In this document: one piece after another, positions 8,618 to 16,971 of the stretch
Position numbering within the stretch: position 1 is the stretch's first letter
How the letters are laid out: each line of letters begins with the position of its first letter
Notes under the pieces: model-generated
The model's input: only the letters and a program-made list of their open reading frames with translations
Database searches by the model: none
What the model was told of the DNA's origin: nothing
Assembly (NCBI GenBank): GCA_037137395.1
Contig: JBAXKK010000044.1
Coordinates: 1-20,549 of the forward strand
Direction: 5' to 3'
Origin: Elusimicrobiota bacterium
GTDB taxonomy: Bacteria; Elusimicrobiota; Elusimicrobia; Elusimicrobiales; UBA9959
Length of the DNA: 20,549 nucleotides
Made by a program: the position numbers and the translations under genes

Positions 8618-9331
8618 TCAATGCAAACTTGCGGCATCTCCTTTCTTGGAAAAGTATAAATACCGGTCAACTTGCTTAAAACCCAATGATTTATAGAGTC
8701 CAAGGGCAGCAGTGTTTGTTGCCCAGGTTTGGATAAAATAAGTTTTACCAGGGGCTTTTCTCAACAGATTAGCGAGAAACCATCGCCCGATTCCGGCGCC
8801 CCGGAATTCCTTAGCAATAAACAAATCAAATATCCCGATAAAACGCTTAAACCTCAGCAAATTAATTCTCCCGACCAGCGTTTTTCCTTTCAGCAGTCTT
8901 ATCGGCGAAAATGCCCCGACTGAAAAATCCCGGTTCAGGTCGTACTTATTATTTTCAATCCACCTTTGCGGCTTAGACTCCTCTATCCTCAAATCATCTA
9001 TGTCAGCATTATGACAGGCGGAATGCCCCAAGCGGCAGGAAGACGTATAAACCAATTGCACATCATCACAATCGCCTTTTTTAAATCCCATCCTTATCAA
9101 GCTCCGCGACAAAACTCCGGTTTTGTCATCGGATCGGCGAATCTTCACTATAGGATATTTCACAACCTCTGAAGGCCTGTGCTCCAGAAGGAAATAATTG
9201 AAATCCTCGGAAACATTATGCAGACTGGAAACAGTAATACCGGAGTCGGTTTTCACGAGTTTACAACCGATGTGTTTGAGCCACACCTCTTCAAGCTTAT
9301 AAATATTTTTCAACACGCTTTCATTGGACAT
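8618..9331 (-). CDS. GNAT-family N-acyltransferase
   Basis: C-terminal acetyl-CoA motif A (LFIAKEFRGAGIG) and N..ALGLYKSLGF. Confidence 0.88.
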   Translation of the reverse strand: MSNESVLKNIYKLEEVWLKHIGCKLVKTDSGITVSSLHNVSEDFNYFLLEHRPSEVVKYPIVKIRRSDDKTGVLSRSLIRMGFKKGDCDDVQLVYTSSCRLGHSACHNADIDDLRIEESKPQRWIENNKYDLNRDFSVGAFSPIRLLKGKTLVGRINLLRFKRFIGIFDLFIAKEFRGAGIGRWFLANLLRKAPGKTYFIQTWATNTAALGLYKSLGFKQVDRYLYFSKKGDAASLH

Positions 9332-10580
9332 CGGCGACTATCCCCCTGGTCTGTTTCCCGGAGATAAACCCCGCCAGAACTATCCCAATAATAGCCGTGA
9401 ATGTGATAATCCCGATATGAACACTATGGGAAAATATTTTCTCGCCAAAAAACATCCCGATGGGGGCGGCGATAAGCACAACCATATCCACGGCTCCGAG
9501 CATTCTGCCCCTTATCTGCGAAGGCAGGCTGGTGACGAAATAACTGTAATACGGCTGAGTGACAGAATCAGACAACCCATACAGGAAATAAGCCGCGATT
9601 ATTGTCGCGACCGGTGCGATCGGGACAAGGATCATAATCAATGAAACGGCCGTGCCAAATAGGCCATAGATAAAGCATTTCGAGACACGGTGGCCATATT
9701 TCCCCACAATCACGAGGCCCAATACCTCGCCTATGGCGATAGTGCTTCGAAGAATCCCGAGATACGCCGCCCCATAGCCAGAATTCTGCGCGAGCAAATA
9801 CGGGAACACATTCGGGATATATCCATATATCAGATTCAAAAGGAACACATTCCCGCAAAATACCAGGACGAATTTGTTTGACAATATATTTGACTCAACA
9901 AATCCCCATGATTGCCGCCAGACTGCGATGTCCAGATACTTTGCCAAATTAAATGCCGGATGCTGTTTATGCGTCTCTTCAGCCGGGATATCGTTTTTTA
10001 AGCTGTAAAAAACCGCCGCGGAAAACAGAAAACTCGCCGCATCCAGAACGACAGCCCAGTGCATAGGCAAAAAAGCCACCATAATACCGGCCACAGCCGC
10101 GCCAAAAAAATTTATCGTCCTGATACTGCCGGATATTAAAGCCTGTGCCTTGATAAAATCGCTTGGCTTAACATTATCGGCAAAAAAAGCGCTGAAAGCG
10201 TTGCCGAACAAAGAACCAAGGAAAGTTTTGGCTATAAAAAGGAAAATAAAGAATACCAGGTATCCGGACCCAAGGTTATTGAATAATACGAACAACGAAA
10301 CAACAAAGGCTGAGCCGATATCGGTAAGCATAACTATCTTTCGCCGGCTGAAACTATCGGTTATCTTGCCGGAAAAAACGGCGAACATGGACTTCAGCAC
10401 AAAAGAACCGCCAAGGGCGTACACGATGACTTTAAGGTCCTTAAATCTGGCATACATGGCCCAGGTGACGAAGATATCAAAAAATATATCTCCGAAGACG
10501 GACACAATTCTGGCCGTCCACAGCTTAAGGATTATCTTGTTTTCAATTAGCCGCAGCATATCGATATAGAATTTTATCAA
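9321..10580 (-). CDS. MFS exporter (macrolide-efflux/DHA3-like); start may be ATG 10559
   Basis: About 12 hydrophobic segments; motif A GKITDSFSRRK; LW.A..VS.FGD N-terminus; RGR.LG near the C-terminus. Confidence 0.9.
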   Translation of the reverse strand: MIKFYIDMLRLIENKIILKLWTARIVSVFGDIFFDIFVTWAMYARFKDLKVIVYALGGSFVLKSMFAVFSGKITDSFSRRKIVMLTDIGSAFVVSLFVLFNNLGSGYLVFFIFLFIAKTFLGSLFGNAFSAFFADNVKPSDFIKAQALISGSIRTINFFGAAVAGIMVAFLPMHWAVVLDAASFLFSAAVFYSLKNDIPAEETHKQHPAFNLAKYLDIAVWRQSWGFVESNILSNKFVLVFCGNVFLLNLIYGYIPNVFPYLLAQNSGYGAAYLGILRSTIAIGEVLGLVIVGKYGHRVSKCFIYGLFGTAVSLIMILVPIAPVATIIAAYFLYGLSDSVTQPYYSYFVTSLPSQIRGRMLGAVDMVVLIAAPIGMFFGEKIFSHSVHIGIITFTAIIGIVLAGFISGKQTRGIVADVQ

Positions 10581-11757
10581 AGAAATACCAGAGAAGTTCT
10601 TTATAATACACGCAACTGCCGCCGCAAAAAGATTTCTGCGCTCTAAAATGCCCGGCGCGGCAGCCTCCGCCGCAAAGGAATTTTATCTTGCATTTCCCGC
10701 ACCCGGCCATCTCATCCACAAACGGTAACGCCCCGCAACTGCTTTTCCCCGGAATGAACGCCTTCTGCGAATCTTCTGTTAAAAGGCTGCCCATGTTGAA
10801 TTCTTTATCGCAAAGCTTGACACATGGATAAACATCGCCCTTTGGGGACACCGTTATGCTGTTTATCCCGGCCCCGCAGTGAAGGATAGGAAAGCCAGGC
10901 TTTCCAAAAAACATATTGTCGGAAATTTTCACGATGTCAAAAACCCCGAGGATATTTTTTTCCTCGGCAAACAATTTATCCATCAGGCTTTTGATCTGCC
11001 GCAACTCCGGCTTGTGGACATTATTGGCCATATTATCCTTGACGATAAAAAAGCCGGCCGCGATCTTCCTGTTTTTGAAATGCCGGTAAAATCCGAAGGC
11101 GTGCCGGATATTCTCCTTTGTGATAGTCTGCATTACCTTAAGCGGAATACCCGCCGCTTTTATTTTTTGGATATTGGCAAATACTCTTTGAAAAGAACCC
11201 TCGCTTCTGGTGAGCGAATTAACTTTTTCCGTCAGGCCGTCAAGACTTACCTGGATTTTCACTTTATTCTTGGAGCAAAACGCCAGGAGCTTATCCGGCA
11301 GCATCGTCCCGTTTGTCACTATTACTATCTCTTCGAAGGATTTTTTTACCGCGCTTTCCAGGATTCCAAGCAGATTCGGATGGCAAAAGGGCTCTCCGCC
11401 TATTAAGGTTAAGGACTTCACTCCCAGCTTTGCCAGCGATGCGAGTATCTTCTCATTATCATCCATTGATACATGACTTTTTTCCGAAGCCATCGCATAA
11501 CAGTATTTGCACTTAAGGTTACAATGATATGTGATGTTATAATAAGCAATTTTTATCAGGGCATCATTCCTGGCATACTCTTTGACCTCATCAACCGTTT
11601 TAAGCGCTTTCTGCTTTCCAAGTCTGGCTACGGCATCCGTTATCTTGGACTCATCATCGACACATGCCATAAACCGGTTTACGGCATCAACAACCACCAT
11701 TCCTTTTTGGCCGCTTTTTGAGTAGATAAAATATTTGTCGTTATATCGTTTGAGCAT
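10543..11757 (-). CDS. Radical SAM/SPASM peptide maturase (module B)
   Basis: CNLKCKYC, IGGEP, SLDG; SPASM CGAG..GDVYPC..CGKC..LCGGGC..C..C. Start reassigned to ATG 11757 because the longer ORF overlaps the precursor and hairpin. Confidence 0.93.
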   Translation of the reverse strand: MLKRYNDKYFIYSKSGQKGMVVVDAVNRFMACVDDESKITDAVARLGKQKALKTVDEVKEYARNDALIKIAYYNITYHCNLKCKYCYAMASEKSHVSMDDNEKILASLAKLGVKSLTLIGGEPFCHPNLLGILESAVKKSFEEIVIVTNGTMLPDKLLAFCSKNKVKIQVSLDGLTEKVNSLTRSEGSFQRVFANIQKIKAAGIPLKVMQTITKENIRHAFGFYRHFKNRKIAAGFFIVKDNMANNVHKPELRQIKSLMDKLFAEEKNILGVFDIVKISDNMFFGKPGFPILHCGAGINSITVSPKGDVYPCVKLCDKEFNMGSLLTEDSQKAFIPGKSSCGALPFVDEMAGCGKCKIKFLCGGGCRAGHFRAQKSFCGGSCVYYKELLWYFFDKILYRYAAAN

Positions 11758-11764
11758 ATTTTCA

Positions 11765-11798
11765 GGCCTCGCATGGCGCTTCCATGCCATGCGAGGCC
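11765..11798 (-). other. 13-bp perfect inverted repeat between precursor and maturase
   Basis: ggcctcgcatggc-N8-gccatgcgaggcc; no U-tract. Confidence 0.85.
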
Positions 11799-11810
11799 CG
11801 TCCCCTTTCC

Positions 11811-12017
11811 TTACAGAAACATGCAATAGCCGCTGGATGATTCCTGCACGCTTTCCGCTTCCATCTCCATCTCGCACAAGTCGCCTTTTTTCTGGGCGCT
11901 GCACATAAAGAGATTGAATTCATCCTTCTTCTTGGCGCTGCAGGCAAAAAACTCCACCCCTTTAGAACTCCGTGATCCGCACACACCCTTTTCGCTGCTT
12001 AATACTTTTTTGGTCAT
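11811..12017 (-). CDS. 68-aa Cys-containing RiPP precursor (module B)
   Basis: SD AAGGAG; directly after the conserved promoter; Cys at 13, 26, 39, 48 and 65; immediately upstream of the rSAM/SPASM gene. Confidence 0.85.
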   Translation of the reverse strand: MTKKVLSSEKGVCGSRSSKGVEFFACSAKKKDEFNLFMCSAQKKGDLCEMEMEAESVQESSSGYCMFL

Positions 12018-12041
12018 AATTTTCTCCTTTTCAATTTTTGC

Positions 12042-12076
12042 TGCCTACGCCCTCTACGGAGCAATTTTTATGGCAG
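12042..12076 (-). promoter_or_regulatory. Variant -24/-12 promoter, module B
   Basis: Minus strand CTGCCATAAAAATTGCTCCGTAGAGGGCGTAGGCA. Confidence 0.8.
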
Positions 12077-12163
12077 GGAGGATAAACAAACGGTTTCATG
12101 CAGTCCCATTGGAGAAATGAATGCTTGATGATATTTCAGGGATTTAAGAACAAACAAAAAGCC

Positions 12164-12241
12164 TCTCATTTTGATGTAAGCATTTTCATTTTGAAAATCC
12201 TCTCAATGAAGATTCGGCACGATTGCTTTCTCAAAATGAAA
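12164..12241. promoter_or_regulatory. Tandem palindromic enhancer (UAS) pair plus a third inverted copy, module B
   Basis: tctcattttgatg (12164-12176), tttcattttgaaa (12184-12196), tctcaaaatgaaa (12229-12241). Confidence 0.75.
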
Positions 12242-12282
12242 AAGATTCTATTATCCGGTGCTCTCATAAGGCTTTTTAGGCG

Positions 12283-13785
12283 CTACTCCTTCACCAGCTC
12301 TGCTATGTACTGAATGGCATTTTTTCGTTTACAATCCCGGAATATACGCGATATTTTCCAACCGGTCCCTTTGATGAGTTTTCGCATCTCCGCCTCACTC
12401 AAGAAAATATATTCGCGCCATCTCTCCGCAAGATTACGGAAGCGGCAGCGCCCCACACTCATTCCATAGTGCCTGCCACGCGCCGGATTGCCCTTATGGT
12501 ACAGCATATAGGCGCTGAAATCCTGTCCCCGTTCCCGGGGATCACGCACTTTGTGCAGGTCTATGGTTTCGGCCAGTATCCTGCCTGTAGGAGAGGTTGC
12601 CTTATAAAGTTTTCTCAACCGGCGCCGCGCCCTGGCCCCATCGCTTACCAGACCGAAGTTGTTGCCCATCATTATGACGGTATCAAAACTCCCGGCTTTG
12701 AAAGCTGAACACACTTCGTCCAGCGAAACGTTCACGGCTTTCCGCAAACCGCGCCGCCGCGCCACTTCGGCGGCAAGCGGTGAAACATCAATCCCCGTAA
12801 CATCCAAGCCCCGCTTCTGCAGGAAAAGGCCATATCGCCCGGCGCCGCATCCGACGTCAAGAACGCGCCCCGTTGCCGACCTCAGCGCGAACAGCTTGTG
12901 TTTAGGCCATTCCTTTTCGCTGTTAAAATAAACCTCCTTCCCCCAGCCCTTAAGCAATAAACCGTTGTCCAGTTCTGTTATATCCGTATCAGAACCGCCG
13001 TCCAGCCACGACTTGAGCGCCGCGCCGAAGGCGTCGTTCATATCCCTCCGCCTGAGCGCGGTTTTCCTCAGCACCATTACATACTGCGGCCCGCCGGACT
13101 TTATCAAGCGCTCTATCTCCCAGCCGCTGTCCAGCAGCATTCCATTGAGCTCAGCGGTACTGACAAACACATACTCAAACCACGGCGTCGCCATATCCTC
13201 AAACCGGACCCGCAGGCGCATTTGCCCCGCCATACGCCCGCGCAGCCTGTTTCGCTGCTGGTATCGCAAGTGGTCCGGATTATCCGTCAGGTACGGATCC
13301 CCTGTCTCGGCGATCAGCCTTCCTCCCGGCGAAGTTATCCTGTACAACGCCGCAAGCCGCTCCCTGGCGGCCTTGGGCCCGCCCATCAGGCCGAAATTGT
13401 TGCCCATCATTACCACCGTGTCAAAGGAGCCGTCGGGAAAGCGCCCTATCTCGGAAAAACACATTTGCCTGGTTTTTCTAAGCCCTCGCTGCCTGCAGAC
13501 TTTCAGCGACAGCGGCGAACTATCCAAACCGGTAACATCTATTTTTTTACGCTGCAGGTAAAGGGCATGTCGGCCGGCGCCGCAGCCCACGTCCAGCACG
13601 CGGCCTCTTGCGAGGTTGATGGCTTTTTTTTCAAAAGCAGGCCAGTCCTGGTAGTCCTTAAAGTACACTCCACCTTCCGTCTCAATAAAACCGTCGTCGC
13701 GCTCAATAAACGAAACGGTCGTGCCCCCATTATGCTGATGCTGAAGCCACCTTCCGAAAGCGTCTCCGATCTTTGGTTGTTTCAT
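12283..13785 (-). CDS. Tandem two-domain class I SAM-dependent methyltransferase
   Basis: Two copies of DAFG...GRVLDVGCGAGR...DVTG.D.SPL...FDTV.MMGNNFGL. ATG 13785 has SD GAGG; extended -10 TGGTAGAAT at 13828-13836. Confidence 0.9.
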   Translation of the reverse strand: MKQPKIGDAFGRWLQHQHNGGTTVSFIERDDGFIETEGGVYFKDYQDWPAFEKKAINLARGRVLDVGCGAGRHALYLQRKKIDVTGLDSSPLSLKVCRQRGLRKTRQMCFSEIGRFPDGSFDTVVMMGNNFGLMGGPKAARERLAALYRITSPGGRLIAETGDPYLTDNPDHLRYQQRNRLRGRMAGQMRLRVRFEDMATPWFEYVFVSTAELNGMLLDSGWEIERLIKSGGPQYVMVLRKTALRRRDMNDAFGAALKSWLDGGSDTDITELDNGLLLKGWGKEVYFNSEKEWPKHKLFALRSATGRVLDVGCGAGRYGLFLQKRGLDVTGIDVSPLAAEVARRRGLRKAVNVSLDEVCSAFKAGSFDTVIMMGNNFGLVSDGARARRRLRKLYKATSPTGRILAETIDLHKVRDPRERGQDFSAYMLYHKGNPARGRHYGMSVGRCRFRNLAERWREYIFLSEAEMRKLIKGTGWKISRIFRDCKRKNAIQYIAELVKE

Positions 13786-13870
13786 GGTCACCTCAATTGA
13801 AACCTATGTCTCGCAAAGCTTTTAATAATTCTACCATCTTCCTTAGCGGGATCACCCGCGCGGGCATATT

Positions 13871-15175
13871 TCAAATACCGCCTTCAAACGCCGCCGGGTA
13901 TGTTTTTGCGAAATAGCCTTCTGCGTCGCTGTGTTTAAGCCTTAAAAATTCAGGAAAACCCGGGATCAATAGAACGGCCGGCGCTGACAGCAGGATAAGC
14001 CCGCCACCGGCCACAAGCGTCGCGCTCAGGCCTGCGAAAGATATAGCGCTTCCCGCCAGAATCACACCGGCGGGCACAAACATCTGGTTAAAGAACATTA
14101 CGAGCGACAAGACCCTTGAACGGTATTGGTCGGGGACCGCCAGCGTGTTCTGCGTCATAAGCGGGATGTTTATGATCACAAGACCGGCGCCTATAGCGAA
14201 CATTAGCAGGCATTTGGCGGCGGGCGGCGCCCCCGAGCCCAGCGTCAGCAACCCGGCGCCCATGACAGCGATGCCCGCCATGACCAATTGATCACCGTGA
14301 AATCTTCTTGCAAGTTCTCCCATAACCAAAGAGCCGGCGATAATCCCGGCGCTCACTCCGGATTTGAAAAGCCCCATAAGCCATACCGGCGTGGCGCCCG
14401 ACTCTTTGGCCAGCAGGGGAAAGGCTACGGTCATGGACGCGACCACAAAATTCAGAAAAGCGGCTAGTCCGCATATCCATAGCTGAAGAGGTATCCCGGC
14501 CACCAATTTGACGCCAGCTTTCAGTTCAGTCCGCCATACCGGGAAGCTGAACCGGTGATAGCACGCGCGCTGGCCGGAGTATCTCAGTCTGATAAACATA
14601 GTGGCGCCGGCGCCGGCGAAGTATGACAGCGCGTCACAAAAGAACGCTATTTTTATGCCGTATTTAGCGGAAACGAAGCCGCCCACTATTCCGCCGATAA
14701 TCGCCGCCGCCGCAGTCATGGAGTTGGTATGGCGGTATGCCTTCTGCAGGCTGTCAGGCCCCACCATCTGCGGAATTATGCTGTCCGCAACGCTTGAAAA
14801 AAGGGCGGAACCGGCCGAGGACAGGATAAAAAGCGTGATGAGGACCGGAAGACTGAACGAGTCCGTCCAAGCCAGCGCGCATAGCAATACGGAAAAAACG
14901 CCGCGCCAGATGTCGCTGATAATCGCCAGCCATTTCCTGGAATATTTATCTCCCAGCGGCCCGAAAAGAGGAAGGAGAAAAATGCGCACCAGGCTTACGG
15001 GGGCGAAAACAGCCGCTATCTGAACGGCCGAGCCTGTTTTTTCGGCTACCCACCACAGCACGGCTATCTCCGCGCAGGCGTCCCCCAAACCGGAAACAAA
15101 CTGCCCGGCCCGGAATAGCATAAAATCCGCCCCGCAGACGGAACGCGTCCCGCCGGAGCCGGAAGCGTCTTTCAT
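13871..15175 (-). CDS. MFS exporter (module A)
   Basis: About 12 TM segments; GQFVSGLGD; motif A GPLGDKYSRK; ATGA overlap with the rSAM stop. Confidence 0.9.
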   Translation of the reverse strand: MKDASGSGGTRSVCGADFMLFRAGQFVSGLGDACAEIAVLWWVAEKTGSAVQIAAVFAPVSLVRIFLLPLFGPLGDKYSRKWLAIISDIWRGVFSVLLCALAWTDSFSLPVLITLFILSSAGSALFSSVADSIIPQMVGPDSLQKAYRHTNSMTAAAAIIGGIVGGFVSAKYGIKIAFFCDALSYFAGAGATMFIRLRYSGQRACYHRFSFPVWRTELKAGVKLVAGIPLQLWICGLAAFLNFVVASMTVAFPLLAKESGATPVWLMGLFKSGVSAGIIAGSLVMGELARRFHGDQLVMAGIAVMGAGLLTLGSGAPPAAKCLLMFAIGAGLVIINIPLMTQNTLAVPDQYRSRVLSLVMFFNQMFVPAGVILAGSAISFAGLSATLVAGGGLILLSAPAVLLIPGFPEFLRLKHSDAEGYFAKTYPAAFEGGI

Positions 15176-16581
15176 AAAGAGCTCCCTGCGCCGGCTGGCT
15201 GGATGGCGGAAGCCTTATTTGCGGCGGCCCCGCGTCTCTTGTAATACAGATGCGTTTCAATCATCGCTTTTTCTATCGTGGCTTCGGTGTAGTAGCATTT
15301 TCCGGCTAAAAGCCGGTTTTCTCTATCCCTGGCACATCCACCCTGGCAGACGGGCAGGAATTTGCATGACATGCATTTGCTCTCTTTCGCGTCATAGATA
15401 TTTTCGTCCCACGCGCAGGTTTTATTAAAGCTCTCTATCGTCCCGTTTTCCAGCAATCTTCCGCATGCGGTGGAGGCATCGCCTATCAACGTGTCGCACT
15501 TGAAAACAAGCCCGTCGGCGCCTATTATCCACGAGTTCTTTTTCTGGGCGGAACACCAGCCCCCTATCGGATCCGGCACCGGCGCCGTTATCCTGCTCCT
15601 GGTATCCAGCTTGCCCAGCTTGTTGGCCGCGTTCAGGTAATAGTCCACCTGCTTTGAAAGCCCGTCCTCCATGCCGTAGATATCGCTTGCGATGGGCTGG
15701 ATATCGTCCCGGGAGGTGTCCATATTGGAAACCGCCCTGAAATATATTGAAAAACGCGGGTCCGACCCGAAAACCTTTTCATAATCCTCAAGCAACTCCC
15801 GGATCTCCGTATCCTGGCCTTTCATAAAGTTGACACGGATCTTAAAGGTAAAGCGCGCGCCCGCCCCGGCAGTTCGCTGGATGCCGCAGAGGTTCTTCCA
15901 GATAGTGTCAAAAGTCCCGCCCCCGTTGCGCAGAGATCGGACCTTGTCATGTGTTTTCCTGTTGCCGTCAAGTGTAACCTGGAAGAACGTGATACCGGAG
16001 TTAAGGTATTCCAGGAAAACCGGTGCGGACAACAAATAGCCGTTGGTGTATATTCCCGATGAGAACTTTATGCCGCTCCGGCCCAGCAGAAGACCGCGCA
16101 CTTCGCCCATGAACGTCAGAATGCCGTCTTTTTCCAGCGTGGGCTCCCCGCCGAACCAGTTTATCGCAAGCCCCTCCACACCGTTTATTTTCCCCGCGAT
16201 CAGGGCTAACGCCGCTTTATAGACCTCTTTTTTCATGGACATGCCCCTGCGATCGTATATAAAACAATAAGGGCACCTGAAATTACAGTTTTCAGACGGA
16301 AGCAGGGTCAGCCGGAGCTCCTTTTCACTGCGCGTAAAATCCATATATCTTTTTTTCACCTGCGCCGCTTCGTCAAAGCCGGCTTCAATCAGGAATCCCT
16401 GCTTACGCAGGTCATCTGCAAGCGGGGCATCCGAAGCGACATTGACCGAAGACAGCAGTTTGTCGCATTCGCACACGCGTTCACCCGAAAACGCCAGGAA
16501 AGCGCCGGTTCTTGTATTATAAAGAAGCAGGGAACCGTCTTCCGCACAGGTCTTGAATGTATATTTAGATATGTTAAGCAT
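15172..16581 (-). CDS. Radical SAM/SPASM peptide maturase with N-terminal RRE-like region (module A)
   Basis: SKY..LLLYNTRTG..L...GFL N-terminus; CNFRCPYC; WFGGEP; VTLDG; SPASM C..FKC..CMSCKFLPVCQGGC..C. Start reassigned to ATG 16581 (GGAG upstream). Confidence 0.93.
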   Translation of the reverse strand: MLNISKYTFKTCAEDGSLLLYNTRTGAFLAFSGERVCECDKLLSSVNVASDAPLADDLRKQGFLIEAGFDEAAQVKKRYMDFTRSEKELRLTLLPSENCNFRCPYCFIYDRRGMSMKKEVYKAALALIAGKINGVEGLAINWFGGEPTLEKDGILTFMGEVRGLLLGRSGIKFSSGIYTNGYLLSAPVFLEYLNSGITFFQVTLDGNRKTHDKVRSLRNGGGTFDTIWKNLCGIQRTAGAGARFTFKIRVNFMKGQDTEIRELLEDYEKVFGSDPRFSIYFRAVSNMDTSRDDIQPIASDIYGMEDGLSKQVDYYLNAANKLGKLDTRSRITAPVPDPIGGWCSAQKKNSWIIGADGLVFKCDTLIGDASTACGRLLENGTIESFNKTCAWDENIYDAKESKCMSCKFLPVCQGGCARDRENRLLAGKCYYTEATIEKAMIETHLYYKRRGAAANKASAIQPAGAGSSL

Positions 16582-16633
16582 AAGATTGCACGCTCCAGTG
16601 TCCTGTAATATGTAAATTACCGTTAAATTTGTC

Positions 16634-16666
16634 GGCAGCCGGGGCTGATATATTTCCCCGGCCGCC
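16634..16666 (-). other. 11-bp GC-rich stem-loop between precursor and maturase
   Basis: Transcript GGCGGCCGGGG-N11-CCCCGGCUGCC (one G-U pair), 5 nt after the precursor stop. Confidence 0.8.
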
Positions 16667-16671
16667 ACTTA

Positions 16672-16767
16672 CTATCTTACGCAGCATAGCCCGCAAACCC
16701 CTGCGCCATGATCCATCTCCTGCGCTTCCAGTTCTGTCTCCGAAACAGCAATTTTGTAAACTTCCAT
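16672..16767 (-). CDS. 31-aa RiPP precursor MEVYKIAVSETELEAQEMDHGAGVCGLCCVR (module A; not in ORF track)
   Basis: Translated by hand; SD GGAGG 8 nt before ATG; TAG at 16672-16674; acidic leader and Cys-rich C-terminus; lies between the promoter and the rSAM gene. Confidence 0.88.
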   Translation of the reverse strand: MEVYKIAVSETELEAQEMDHGAGVCGLCCVR

Positions 16768-16802
16768 TTTTAATTCCTCCGTTAGTTTTTGCAGTTTTTT
16801 TC

Positions 16803-16837
16803 TGCTTACACCCACTACGGAGCAATTTTCATGGCAG
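16803..16837 (-). promoter_or_regulatory. Variant -24/-12 promoter, module A
   Basis: Minus strand CTGCCATGAAAATTGCTCCGTAGTGGGTGTAAGCA. Confidence 0.8.
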
Positions 16838-16924
16838 ATGGATGCACCGGACGATTTTATGTGTTTCTATTGGGGAAATCAGGAAGTCAGCGGCGACAGG
16901 GGAGTGGGAAGCAAATGAAAATCA

Positions 16925-16957
16925 TCTCATTTCGAGATAACTATTTTCATTTTGAAA
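16925..16957. promoter_or_regulatory. Tandem palindromic enhancer (UAS) pair, module A
   Basis: tctcatttcgaga (16925-16937) and tttcattttgaaa (16945-16957), 20 bp apart. Confidence 0.75.
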
Positions 16958-16971
16958 GCCAACAGCGGGTC

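Noticed and set aside
11811..11825. C-terminal CMFL as a CaaX prenylation box or AgrD-like thiolactone
   Set aside because: No prenyltransferase or AgrB in the window; lacks the AgrD tail and five-residue ring pattern.
11762..11986. 74-aa alternative-frame ORF and the extended rSAM start at 11904
   Set aside because: Shadow frames of the 68-aa precursor with no SD support.
12965..13800. Long plus-strand ORFs (198 and 192 aa)
   Set aside because: Antisense shadows of the methyltransferase with no recognisable motifs.
16574..16825. 83-aa minus-strand ORF and the extended rSAM start at 16668
   Set aside because: They overlap the promoter, precursor and hairpin; the 31-aa ORF and ATG 16581 have proper SDs.
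8467..16957. Repeated motifs as CRISPR or mobile-element repeats
   Set aside because: The copies are kilobases apart at fixed positions upstream of genes; there are no spacers, cas genes or transposases.
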